The position numbers and the translations under genes were made by a program. From Eledone cirrhosa (Eukaryota), in the NCBI GenBank assembly GCA_964016885.1, contig OZ024743.1, positions 132,928,001 to 132,992,000 of the forward strand: a DNA stretch of 64,000 bases, read 5' to 3'. The notes under the pieces are model-generated. The model did no database searches, was not told the origin of the DNA, and saw only the letters and a program-made list of their open reading frames with translations. Positions 1 through 12,000 of this stretch are shown here, piece after piece (positions within the stretch are counted from its first letter, which is position 1; each line of letters begins with the position of its first letter).

Positions 1-3000
1 TGTTTGGTGTTTGGTGTTTGGTGTTTGGTGCTTGGTGCTTGGTGTTTGGTGTTTGGTGCTTGGTGTCTGGTGCTTGGTGTTTGGTGTTTGGTGCTTGGTG
101 TTTGGTGTTTGGTGTTTGGTGCTTGGTGCTTGGTGCTTGGTGTTTGGTGTTTGGTGCTTGGTGTTTGGTGCTTGGTGCTGGGTGGTTGGTGTTTGGTGCT
201 TGTTGTTTGGTGCTGGGTGCTTGGTGTTTGGTGCTGGGTGCTTGGTGTTTGGTGCTTGGTGCTTGGTCTTTGGTGCTTGGTGTTTGGTGCTTGGTGCTTG
301 GTGCTTGGCGTTTGGTGGTTGGTGCTTGGTATTTGGTGCTTGGTGCTTAGTGTTTGGTTTTTGGTGCTTGGTGCTTGGTGTTTGGTGTTTGGTGCTTGCT
401 GCTGGCTGCTTGGTGTTTGATGCATGGTGATTGGTGCTTGGTGTTTGGTGCTTGGTGTTTGGTGTTTGATGCTTGGTGCTTGGTGCTTGGTGTTTGGTGC
501 TTGGTGCTTGGTGTTTGGTGCTTGGTGCTTGGTGTTTGGTGCTTGGTGTTTGGTGCTTGGTGCTTGGTGCTTGGTGATTGGTGTTTGGTGGTTGGTGCTT
601 GGTGCTTGGTGTTAGGTGTTTGGTGCTTGGTGCTTGGTGTTTGGTGTTTGGTGCTTGGTGTTTGGTGTTTGGTGCTTGGTGTTTGGTGCTTGGTACTTGG
701 TGCTTGGTGCTTGGTGTTAGGTGTTTGGTGCTTGGTGCTTGGTGTCTGGTTTTTGGTGCTTGGTGCTTGGTGTTTGGTGTGTGGTGCTTGCTGCTGGCTG
801 CTTGGTGTTTGGTGCTTGGTGATTGGTGCTTGGTGTTTGGTGTTTGGTGTTTGGTGTTTGGTGCTTGGTGATTGGTGTTTGTACTTGGTGCTTGGTGCTT
901 GGTTCTTGGTGTTTGGTGCTTGGTGCTTGGTGTTTGGTGTTATATGCTTGGTGTTTGATGCTTGGTGCTTGGTGCTTGGTGCTTGGTGTTTGGTGTTTGG
1001 TGTTTGATGCTTGGTGCTTGGCGTTTGGTGCTTGGTGCTTGGTGTTTGTACTTGGTGCTTGGTGCTTGGTGCTTGGTGTTTGGTGCTTGGTGCTTGGTGC
1101 TTGGTGCTTGGTGCTTGGTGTTTGGTGGTTGGTGTTTGGTGCTTGGTGTTAGGTGCTTGGTGCTTGGTGCTTGGTGTTTGGTGTTTGGTGCTTGGTGTTT
1201 GGTGTTTGGTGCTTGGTATTTGGTGCTTGGTACTTGGTGCTTGGTGCTTGGTGTTAGGTGTTTGGTGCTTGGTGTTTGGTGCTTGGTGTTTGGTGCTTGG
1301 TGCTTGGTGCTTGGTGCTTGGTGCTTGGTGTTTGGTGGTTGGTGTTTGGTGCTTGGTGTTTGGTGCTTGGTGTTAGGTGCTTGGTGATTGGTGCTTGGTG
1401 TTTGGTGTTTGGTGCTTGGTGTTTGGTGTTTGGTGCTTGGTGTTTGGTGCTTTTTGCTTGGTGCTTGGTGCTTGGTGTTTGGTGCTGGGTGCTTGGTGCT
1501 TGGTGTTTGGTGTTATATGCTTGGTGTTTGATGCTTGGTGCTTGGTGCTTGGTGTTTGGTGTTTGGTGCTTGGTGTTTGATGCTTGGTGCTTGGTGCTTG
1601 GTGTTTGGTGCTTGGTGCTTGGTGTTTGGTGCTTGGTGCTTGGTGTTTGGTGCTTGGTGTTTGGTGCTTGGTGTTTGGTGCTTGGTGCTTGGTGCTTGGG
1701 GCTTGGTGTTTGGTGGTTGGTGCTTGGTGCTTGGTATTAGATGTTTGGTGCTTCGTGCTTGGTGTCTGGTTTTTGGTGCTTGGTGCTTGGTGTTTGGTGC
1801 TTGTTGCTGGCTGCTTGGTGTTTGGTGCTTGGTGATTGGTGCTTGGTGTTTGGTGCTTGGTGTTTGGTGTTTGGTGCTTGGTGTTTGTACTTGGTGTTTG
1901 GTGCTTGGTGTTTGGTGCTAGGTGCTTGGTGTTTGGTGCTTGGTGCTTGGTGTTTGGTGCCTGGTGCTTGGTGTTTGGTGTTTGGTGTTTGGTGCTTGGT
2001 GCTTGGTGTTTGGTGTTTGCTGTTTGCTGTTTGGTGTTTGTTGTTTGGTGTTTGTTGTTTGGTGTTTGCTGTTTGGTGCTTGGTGTTTGCTTTTTGGTGT
2101 TTGGTGTTTGATGTATGTTGTTTGCTGTTTGGTGTTTGGTGTTTGGTGTTTGGTGCTTGGTGCTTGGTGTTTGGTGCTTGGTGCTTGGTGTTTGGTGCCT
2201 GGTGCTTGGTGTTTGGTGTTTGGTGCTTGGTGCTTGGAGTTTGGTGTTTGGTGCTTGGTGCTTGGTGTTTCGTGTTTCGTGTTTGGTGCTTGGTGCTTGG
2301 TGCTTGGTCCTTGGTGTTTGGTGCTGGGTGCATTGTGTTTGGTGCTTGGTGCTTGGTGCTTGGTGCTTGGTGTTTGGTGTTTGCTGCTTGGTGTTTGATG
2401 CTTGGTGCTTGGTGCTTGGTGTTTTGTGTTTGGTGCTTGGTGCTTGGTGCTTGGTGTTTGGTGCTTGGTGCTTGGTGCTTGGTGTTTTGTGTTTGGTGCT
2501 TGGTGCTTGGTGTTTGGTGCTTGGTGCTGGGTGGTTGGTGTTTGGTGCTTGGTGTTTGGTGCTGGGTGCTTGGTGTTTGGTGCTGGGTGCTTGGTGTTTG
2601 GTGCTTGGTGCTTGGTGTTTGGTGCTTGGTGCTGGGTGGTTGGTGTTTGGTGCTTGGTGTTTGGTGCTGGGTGCTTGGTGTTTGGTGCTGGGTGCTTGGT
2701 GTTTGGTGCTTGGTGCTTGGTCTTTGGTGCTTGGTGTTTGGTGCTTGGTGCTTGGTGCTTGGTGTTTGGTGCTTGGTGCTTGGTGTTTGGTGCTTGGTGC
2801 TTGGGGTTTGGTTTTTGGTGCTTGGTGCTTGGTGTTTGGTGTTTGGTGCTTGCTGCTGGCTGCTTGGTGTTTGATGCATGGTGATTGGTGCTTGGTGTTT
2901 GGTGCTTGGTGTTTGGTGTTTGATGCTTGGTGCTTGGTGCTTGGTGTTTGGTGCTTGGTGCTTGGTGTTTGGTGCTTGGTGCTTGGTGTTTGGTGCTTGG

Positions 3001-3400
3001 TGTTTGGTGCTTGGTGTTTGGTGCTTGGTGCTTGGTGCTTGGTGCTTGGTGTTTGGTGGTTGGTGCTTGGTGCTTGGTGTTAGGTGTTTGGTGCTTGGTG
3101 CTTGGTGTTTGGTGTTTGGTGCTTGGTGTTTGGTGTTTGGTGCTTGGTGTTTGGTGCTTGGTACTTGGTGCTTGGTGCTTGGTGTTAGGTGTTTGGTGCT
3201 TGGTGCTTGGTGTCTGGTTTTTGGTGCTTGGTGCTTGGTGTTTGGTGTTTGGTGCTTGCTGCTGGCTGCTTGGTGTTTGGTGCTTGGTGATTGGTGCTTG
3301 GTGTTTGGTGCTTGGTGTTTGGTGTTTGGTGCTTGGTGATTGGTGTTTGTACTTGGTGCTTGGTACTTGGTTCTTGGTGTTTGGTGCTTGGTGCTTGGTG
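1..3400 (+). repeat. Segmental copy A1; near-identical to about 16714-20105 (offset 16713, then 16706 after loss of one monomer)
   Basis: Matching ORF pairs 354/17067, 424/17137, 823/17536 (offset 16713) and 1377/18083, 1741/18447, 2878/19584 (offset 16706). Shared rare markers GTGGTGC (781/17494) and TAGATGT (1738/18444). Confidence 0.9.
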
Positions 3401-5765
3401 TTTAGTGCCTGGTGCTTGGTGCATGGTGCTTGGTGTTTGGTGTTTGGTGCTTGGTGCTTGGAGTTTGGTGTTTGGTGCTTGGTGCTTTGTTTTTCGTGTT
3501 TCGTGTTTGGTTTTTGGTGCTTGGTGCTTGGTGCTTGGTCCTTGGTGTTTGGTGCTGGGTGCATTGTGTTTGGTGCTTGGCGCTTGGTGCTTGGTGCTTG
3601 GTGTTTGGTGTTTGCTGCTTGGTGTTTGATGCTTGGTGCTTGGTGCTTGGTGTTTTGCGCTTGGTGCTTGGTGCTTGGTGTTTGGTGCTTGGTGCTTGGT
3701 GCTTGGTGTTTGTACTTGGTGTTTGGTGGTTGGTGCTTGGTGCTTGGTGTTAGGTGTTTGGTGCTTGGTGCTTGGTGTTTGGTGTTTGGTGCTTGGTGTT
3801 TGGTGTTTGGTGCTTGGTGTTTGGTGCTTGGTACTTGGTGCTTGGTGCTTGGTGTTAGGTGTTTGGTGCTTGGTGTTTGGTGTCTGGTTTTTGGTGCTTG
3901 GTGCTTGGTGCTTAGTGTTTGGTGCTTGGTGCTTAGTGTTTGGTGCTAGGTGCTTGGTGTTTGGTGCTTGGTGCTTGGTGTTTGGTGCCTGGTGCTTGGT
4001 GTTTGGTGTTTGGTGTTTGGTGCTTGGTGCTTGGTGTTTGGTGTTTGCTGTTTGCTGTTTGTTGTTTGGTGTTTGCTGTTTGGTGTTTGGTGTTTGCTTT
4101 TTGGTGCTTGGTGTTTGATGCTTGGTGCTTGGTGCTTGGTGTTTGGTGCTTGGTGCTTGGTGTTTGGTGTTTGGTGCTTGGTGCTTGGTGTTTGGTTCTT
4201 GCTGCTGGCTGCTTAGTGTTTGGTGCTTGGTGATTGGTGCTTGGTGTTTGGTGCTTGGTGTTTGGTGTTTGGTGCTAGGTGCTTGGTGTTTGGTGCTTGG
4301 TGCTTGGTGTTTGTACTTGGTGCTTGGTGCTTGGTTCTTGGTGTTTGGTGCTTTGTGCTTGGTGTTTGGTGCTTGGTGCTTGGTGTTTGGTGCTTGGTGT
4401 TTGGTGCTTGGTGTTTGGTGTTTGGTGCTTGGTGCTTGGTGTTTGGTGCTTGGTGTTTGGTGCTTGGTGTTAGGTGTTTGGTGCTTGGTGCTTGGTGTTT
4501 GGTGTTTGGTGCTTGGCGTTTGGTGTTTGGTGTTATATGCTTGGTGTTTGATGCTTGGTGCTTGGTGCTTGGTGTTTGGTGTTTGGTGCTTGGTGCTTGG
4601 AGTTTGGTGTTTGGTGCTTGGTGCTTGGTGTTTCGTGTTTCGTGTTTGGTGCTTGGTGCTTGGTGCTTGGTCCTTGGTGTTTGGTGCTGGGTGCATTGTG
4701 TTTGGTGCTTGGTGCTTGGTGCTTGGTGCTTGGTGTTTGGTGTTTGCTGCTTGGTGTTTGATGCTTGGTGCTTGGTGCTTGGTGTTTTGTGTTTGGTGCT
4801 TGGTGCTTGGTGCTTGGTGTTTGGTGCTTGGTGCTTGGTGCTTGGTGTTTTGTGTTTGGTGCTTGGTGCTTGGTGTTTGGTGCTTGGTGCTGGGTGGTTG
4901 GTGTTTGGTGCTTGGTGTTTGGTGCTGGGTGCTTGGTGTTTGGTGCTGGGTGCTTGGTGTTTGGAGCTTGGTGCTTGGTGTTTGGTGCTTGGTGCTGGGT
5001 GGTTGGTGTTTGGTGCTTGGTGTTTGGTGCTGGGTGCTTGGTGTTTGGTGCTGGGTGCTTGGTGTTTGGTGCTTGGTGCTTGGTCTTTGGTGTTTGGTGT
5101 TTGGTGCTTGGTGCTTGGTGCTTGGTGTTTGGTGCTTGGTGCTTGGTGTTTGGTGCTTGGTGCTTGGGGTTTGGTTTTTGGTGCTTGGTGCTTGGTGTTT
5201 GGTGTTTGGTGCTTGCTGCTGGCTGCTTGGTGTTTGATGCATGGTGATTGGTGCTTGGTGTTTGGTGCTTGGTATTTGGTGTTTGATGCTTGGTGCTTGG
5301 TGCTTGGTGTTTGGTGCTTGGTGCTTGGTGTTTGGTGCTTGGTGCTTGGTGTTTGGTGCTTGGTGTTTGGTGCTTGGTGTTTGGTGCTTGGTGCTTGGTG
5401 CTTGGTGCTTGGTGTTTGGTGGTTGGTGCTTGGTGCTTGGTGTTAGGTGTTTGGTGCTTGGTGCTTGGTGTTTGGTGTTTGATGCTTGGTGTTTGGTGTT
5501 TGGTGCTTGGTGTTTGGTGCTTGGTACTTGGTGCTTGGTGCTTGGTGTTAGGTGTTTGGTGCTCGGTGCTTGGTGTCTGGTTTTTGGTGCTTGGTGCTTG
5601 GTGTTTGGTGTTTGGTGCTTGCTGCTGGCTGCTTGGTGTTTGGTGCTTGGTGATTGGTGCTTGGTGTTTGGTGCTTGGTGTTTGGTGTTTGGTGCTTGGT
5701 GATTGGTGTTTGTACTTGGTGCTTGGTACTTGGTTCTTGGTGTTTGGTGCTTGGTGCTTGGTGTT
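2205..5765 (+). repeat. About 1.2 kb block (about 2205-3400) repeated at about 4568-5765, offset 2363
   Basis: TTGGAGT at 2234 and 4597; ORF pairs 2402/4765, 2878/5241, 2927/5290. Confidence 0.85.
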
Positions 5766-7830
5766 TGGTGTTATATGCTTGGTGTTTGATGCTTGGTGCT
5801 TGGTGCTTGGTGTTTGGTGTTTGGTGTTTGATGCTTGGTGCTTGGTGTTTGGTGCTTGGTGCTTGGTGTTTGTACTTGGTGCTTGGTGCTTGGTGCTTGG
5901 TGTTTGGTGCTTGGTGCTTGGTGCTTGGTGCTTGGTCCTTGGTGCTTGGTGTTTGGTGGTTGGTGTTTGGTGCTTGGTGTTAGGTGTTTGGTGCTTGGTG
6001 CTTGGTGTTTGGTGTTTGGTGCTTGGTGTTTGGTGTTTGGTGCTTGGTGTTTGGTGCTTGGTGTTTGATGCTTGGTGCTTGGTGCTTGGTGTTTGGTGCT
6101 TGGTGCTTGGTGTTTGGTGCTTGGTGCTTGGTGTTTGGTGCTTGGTGTTTGGTGCTTGGTGCTTGGTGTTTGGTGGTTGGTGCTTGGTGCTTGGTGTTAG
6201 GTGTTTGGTGCTTGGTGCTTGGTGTCTGGTTTTTGGTGCTTGGTGCTTGGTGTTTGGTGCTTGTTGCTGGCTGCTTGGTGTTTGGTGCTTGGTGATTGGT
6301 GCTTGGTGTTTGGTGCTTGGTGTTTGGTGTTTGGTGCTTGGTGTTTGTACTTGGTGTTTGGTGCTTGGTGTTTGGTGCTAGGTGCTTGGTGTTTGGTGCT
6401 TGGTGCTTGGTGTTTGGTGCCTGGTGCTTGGTGTTTGGTGTTTGGTGTTTGGTGCTTGGTGCTTGGTGTTTGGTGTTTGCTGTTTGCTGTTTGGTGTTTG
6501 TTGTTTGGTGTTTGTTGTTTGGTGTTTGCTGTTTGGTGTTTGGTATTTGCTTTTTGGTGTTTGGTGTTTGATGTATGTTGTTTGCTGTTTGGTGTTTGGT
6601 GTTTGGTGTTTGGTGCTTGGTGCTTGGTGTTTGGTGCTTGGTGCTTGGTGTTTAGTGCCTGGTGCTTGGTGCATGGTGCTTGGTGTTTGGTGTTTGGTGC
6701 TTGGTGCTTGGAGTTTGGTGTTTGATGCTTGGTGCTTGGTGTTTCGTGTTTCGTGTTTGGTTTTTGGTGCTTGGTGCTTGGTGCTTGGTCCTTGGTGTTT
6801 GGTGCTGGGTGCATTGTGTTTGGTGCTTGGCGCTTGGTGCTTGGTGCTTGGTGTTTGGTGTTTGCTGCTTGGTGTTTGATGCTTGGTGCTTGGTGCTTGG
6901 TGTTTTGCGCTTGGTGCTTGGTGCTTGGTGTTTGGTGCTTGGTGCTTGGTGCTTGGTGTTTGTACTTGGTGTTTGGTGGTTGGTGCTTGGTGCTTGGTGT
7001 TAGGTGTTTGGTGCTTGGTGCTTGGTGTTTGGTGTTTGGTGCTTGGTGTTTGGTGTTTGGTGCTTGGTGTTTGGTGCTTGGTACTTGGTGCTTGGTGCTT
7101 GGTGTTAGGTGTTTGGTGCTTGGTGTTTGGTGTCTGGTTTTTGGTGCTTGGTGCTTGGTGCTTAGTGTTTGGTGCTTGGTGCTTAGTGTTTGGTGCTAGG
7201 TGCTTGGTGTTTGGTGCTTGGTGCTTGGTGTTTGGTGCCTGGTGCTTGGTGTTTGGTGTTTGGTGTTTGGTGCTTGGTGCTTGGTGTTTGGTGTTTGCTG
7301 TTTGCTGTTTGTTGTTTGGTGTTTGCTGTTTGGTGTTTGGTGTTTGCTTTTTGGTGCTTGGTGTTTGATGCTTGGTGCTTGGTGCTTGGTGTTTGGTGCT
7401 TGGTGCTTGGTGTTTGGTGTTTGGTGCTTGGTGCTTGGTGTTTGGTGCTTGCTGCTGGCTGCTTGGTGTTTGGTGCTTGGTGATTGGTGCTTGGTGTTTG
7501 GTGCTTGGTGTTTGGTGTTTGGTGCTAGGTGCTTGGTGTTTGGTGCTTGGTGCTTGGTGTTTGTACTTGGTGCTTGGTGCTTGGTTCTTGGTGTTTGGTG
7601 CTTGGTGCTTGGTGTTTGGTGCTTGGTGCTTGGTGTTTGGTGCTTGGTGTTTGGTGCTTGGTGTTTGGTGTTTGGTGCTTGGTGCTTGGTGTTTGGTGCT
7701 TGGTGTTTGGTGCTTGGTGTTAGGTGTTTGGTGCTTGGTGCTTGGTGTTTGGTGTTTGGTGCTTGGCGTTTGGTGTTTGGTGTTATATGCTTGGTGTTTG
7801 ATGCTTGGTGCTTGGTGCTTGGTGTTTGGT
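3380..7830 (+). repeat. About 1.2 kb block (about 3380-4580) repeated at about 6630-7830, offset 3250
   Basis: ORF pairs 3412/6662, 3633/6883, 3940/7190; TATATGC at 4534 and 7784. Confidence 0.85.
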
Positions 7831-10800
7831 GCTTGGTGTTTGATGCTTGGTGCTTGGCGCTTGGTGTTTGGTGCTTGGTGCTTGGTGTTTGTACTTGGTG
7901 CTTGGTGCTTGGTTCTTGGTGTTTGGTGCTTGGTGCTTGGTGTTTGGTGTTTGGTGCTTGGTGTTTGGTGCTTGGTGTTTGGTGCTTGGTGCTTGGTGCT
8001 TAGTGCTTGGTGTTTGGTGCTTGGTGTTAGGTGTTTGGTGCTTGGTGCTTGGTGTTTGGTGTTTGGTGCTTGGTGTTTGGTGCTTGGTGTTTGGTGTTAG
8101 GTGTTTGGTGCTTGGTGTTTGGTGTTTGGTGCTTGGTGTTTGGTGCTTGGTGTTTGGTGCTTGGTGTTTGGTGCTTGGTACTTGGTGCTTGGTGCTTGGT
8201 GTTAGGTGTTTGGTGCTTGGTGCTTGGTGTTTGGTTTTTGGTGCTTGGTGCTTGGTGTTTGGTGTTTGGGGCTTGCTGCTGGCTGCTTGGTGTTTGATGC
8301 TTGGTGATTGGTGCTTGGTGTTTTGTGCTTGGTGTTTGGTGTTTGGTGTTTGGTGCTAGGTGCTTGGTGTTTGGTGCTTGGTGCTTGGTGCTTGGTGTTT
8401 GGTGTTTGGTGTTAGGTGCTTGATGCTTGGTGTTTGGTGCTTGGTGCTGGGTGGTTGGTGTTTAGTGCTAGGTGTTTGGTGCTGGGTGCTTGGTGTTTGG
8501 TGCTTGGTGCTTGGTCTTTGGTGCTTGGTGTTTGGTGTTTGGTGCTTGGTGCTTGGTGCTTGGTGTTTGGTGCTTGGTGCTTGGTGTTTGGTGCTTGGTG
8601 CTTAGTGTTTGGTGCTTGGTGCTTAGTGTTTGGTGCTAGGTGCTTGGTGTTTGGTGCTTGGTGCTTGGTGTTTGGTGCCTGGTGCTTGGTGTTTGGTGTT
8701 TGGTGTTTGGTGCTTGGTGTTTGGTGTTTGGTGCTTGCTGCTGGCTGCTTGGTGTTTGGTGCTTGGTGATTGGTGCTTGGTGTTTGGTGCTTGGTGTTTG
8801 GTGTTTGGTGCTTGGTGATTGGTGTTTGTACTTGGTGCTTGGTACTTGGTTCTTGGTGTTTGGTGCTTGGTGCTTGGTGTTTGGTGTTATATGCTTGGTG
8901 TTTGATGCTTGGTGCTTGGTGCTTGGTGTTTGGTGTTTGGTGTTTGATGCTTGGTGCTTGGTGTTTGGTGCTTGGTGCTTGGTGTTTGTACTTGGTGCTT
9001 GGTGCTTGGTGCTTGGTGTTTGGTGCTTGGTGCTTGGTGCTTGGTGCTTGGTCCTTGGTGCTTGGTGTTTGGTGGTTGGTGTTTGGTGCTTGGTGTTAGG
9101 TGTTTGGTGCTTGGTGCTTGGTGTTTGGTGTTTGGTGCTTGGTGTTTGGTGTTTGGTGCTTGGTGTTTGGTGCTTGGTACTTGGTGCTTGGTGCTTGGTG
9201 TTAGGTGTTTGGTGCTTGGTGTTTGGTGCTTGGTGTTTGGTGTTTGGTGGTTGGTGTTTGGTGCTTGGTGTTTGGTGCTTAGTGTTTGGTGTTTGGTGCT
9301 TGGTGTTTGGTGTTATATGCTTGGTGTTTGATGCTTGGTGCTTGGTGCTTGGTGTTTGGTGTTTGGTGCTTGGTGTTTGATGCTTGGTGCTTGGTGCTTG
9401 GTGTTTGGTGCTTGGTGCTTGGTGTTTGGTGCTTGGTGCTTGGTGTTTGGTGCTTGGTATTTGGTGCTTGGTGCTTGGTGTTTGGTGGTTGGTGCTTGGT
9501 GCTTGGTGTTAGGTGTTTGGTGCTTGGTGCTTGGTGTCTGGTTTTTGGTGCTTGGTGCTTGGTGTTTGGTGCTTGTTGCTGGCTGCTTGGTGTTTGGTGC
9601 TTGGTGATTGGTGCTTGGTGTTTGGTGCTTGGTGTTTGGTGTTTGGTGCTTGGTGTTTGTACTTGGTGTTTGGTGCTTGGTGTTTGGTGCTAGGTGCTTG
9701 GTGTTTGGTGCTTGGTGCTTGGTGTTTGGTGCCTGGTGCTTGGTGTTTGGTGTTTGGTGTTTGGTGCTTGGTGCTTGGTGTTTGGTGTTTGCTGTTTGCT
9801 GTTTGGTGTTTGTTGTTTGGTGTTTGTTGTTTGGTGTTTGCTGTTTGGTGTTTGGTATTTGCTTTTTGGTGTTTGGTGTTTGATGTATGTTGTTTGCTGT
9901 TTGGTGTTTGGTGTTTGGTGTTTGGTGCTTGGTGCTTGGTGTTTGGTGCTTGGTGCTTGGTGTTTAGTGCCTGGTGCTTGGTGCATGGTGCTTGGTGTTT
10001 GGTGTTTGGTGCTTGGTGCTTGGAGTTTGGTGTTTGGTGCTTGGTGCTTGGTGTTTCGTGTTTCGTGTTTGGTTTTTGGTGCTTGGTGCTTGGTGCTTGG
10101 TCCTTGGTGTTTGGTGCTGGGTGCATTGTGTTTGGTGCTTGGCGCTTGGTGCTTGGTGCTTGGTGTTTGGTGTTTGCTGCTTGGTGTTTGATGCTTGGTG
10201 CTTGGTGCTTGGTGTTTTGCGCTTGGTGCTTGGTGCTTGGTGTTTGGTGCTTGGTGCTTGGTGCTTGGTGTTTGTACTTGGTGTTTGGTGGTTGGTACTT
10301 GGTGCTTGGTGTTAGGTGTTTGGTGCTTGGTGCTTGGTGTTTGGTGTTTGGTGCTTGGTGTTTGGTGTTTGGTGCTTGGTGTTTGGTGCTTGGTACTTGG
10401 TGCTTTGGTCTTGGTGTTAGGTGTTTGGTGCTTGGTGTTTGGTGTCTGGTTTTTGGTGCTTGGTGCTTGGTGCTTAGTGTTTGGTGCTTGGTGCTTAGTG
10501 TTTGGTGCTAGGTGCTTGGTGTTTGGTGCTTGGTGCTTGGTGTTTGGTGCCTGGTGCTTGGTGTTTGGTGTTTGGTGTTTGGTGCTTGGTGCTTGGTGTT
10601 TGGTGTTTGCTGTTTGCTGTTTGTTGTTTGGTGTTTGCTGTTTGGTGTTTGGTGTTTGCTTTTTGGTGCTTGGTGTTTGATGCTTGGTGCTTGGTGCTTG
10701 GTGTTTGGTGCTTGGTGCTTGGTGTTTGGTGTTTGGTGCTTGGTGCTTGGTGTTTGGTGCTTGCTGCTGGCTGCTTGGTGTTTGGTGCTTGGTGATTGGT

Positions 10801-12000
10801 GCTTGGTGTTTGGTGCTTGGTGTTTGGTGTTTGGTTCTAGGTGCTTGGTGTTTGGTGCTTGGTGCTTGGTGTTTGTACTTGGTGCTTGGTGCTTGGTTCT
10901 TGGTGTTTGGTGCTTGGTGCTTGGTGTTTGGTGCTTGGTGCTTGGTGTTTGGTGCTTGGTGTTTGGTGCTTGGTGTTTGGTGTTTGGTGCTTGGTGCTTG
11001 GTGTTTGGTGCTTGGTGTTTGGTGCTTGGTGTTAGGTGTTTGGTGCTTGGTGCTTGGTGTTTGGTGTTTGGTGCTTGGCGTTTGGTGTTTGGTGTTATAT
11101 GCTTGGTGTTTGATGCTTGGTGCTTGGTGCTTGGTGTTTGGTGCTTGGTGTTTGATGCTTGGTGCTTGGTGCTTGGTGTTTGGTGCTTGGTGCTTGGTGT
11201 TTGTACTTGGTGCTTGGTGCTTGGTTCTTGGTGTTTGGTGCTTGGTGCTTGGTGTTTGGTGTTTGGTGCTTGGTGTTTGGTGCTTGGTGTTTGGTGCTTG
11301 GTGCTTGGTGCTTAGTGCTTGGTTTTTGTTGCTTGGTGTTAGGTGTTTGGTGCTTGGTGCTTGGTGTTTGGTGTTTGGTGCTTGGTGTTTGGTGCTTGGT
11401 GTTTGGTGTTTGGGGCTTGGTGTTTGGTGCTTGGTGTTTGGTGCTTGGTGTTTGGTGCTTGGTACTTGGTGCTTGGTGCTTGGTGTTAGGTGTTTGGTGC
11501 TTGGTGCTTGGTGTTTGGTTTTTGGTGCTTGGTGCTTGGTGTTTGGTGTTTGGGGCTTGCTGCTGGCTGCTTGGTGTTTGATGCTTGGTGATTGGTGCTT
11601 GGTGTTTTGTGCTTGGTGTTTGGTGTTTGGTGTTTGGTGCTAGGTGCTTGGTGTTTGGTGCTTGGTGCTTGGTGCTTGGTGTTTGGTGTTTGGTGTTAGG
11701 TGCTTGATGCTTGGTGTTTGGTGCTTGGTGCTGGGTGGTTGGTGTTTAGTGCTTGGTGTTTGGTGCTGGGTGCTTGGTGTTTGGTGCTTGGTGCTTGGTA
11801 TTTGGTGCTTGGTGTTTGGTGTTTGGTGCTTGGTGCTTGGTGCTTGGTGTTTGGTGCTTGGTGCTTGGTGTTTGGTGCTTGGTGCTTAGTGTTTGGTGCT
11901 TGGTGCTTAGTGTTTGGTGCTAGGTGCTTGGTGTTTGGTGCTTGGTGCTTGGTGTTTGGTGCCTGGTGCTTGGTGTTTGGTGTTTGGTGTTTGGTGCTTG
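5600..12000 (+). repeat. Imperfect tandem higher-order duplication of about 3.1-3.3 kb (about 5600-8720 and 8720-12000)
   Basis: ORF pairs 5654/8770 (offset 3116); 6197/9509, 6296/9608, 7190/10502, 7200/10512 (3312); 8360/11644 (3284). Offset shifts of 196 and 28 bp are whole numbers of monomers. Confidence 0.85.

Noticed and set aside
941-947. TATATG as a TATA or -10 promoter element, and nearby ATGs as starts
   Set aside because: It is a variant monomer copied with the array; no downstream gene or supporting elements.
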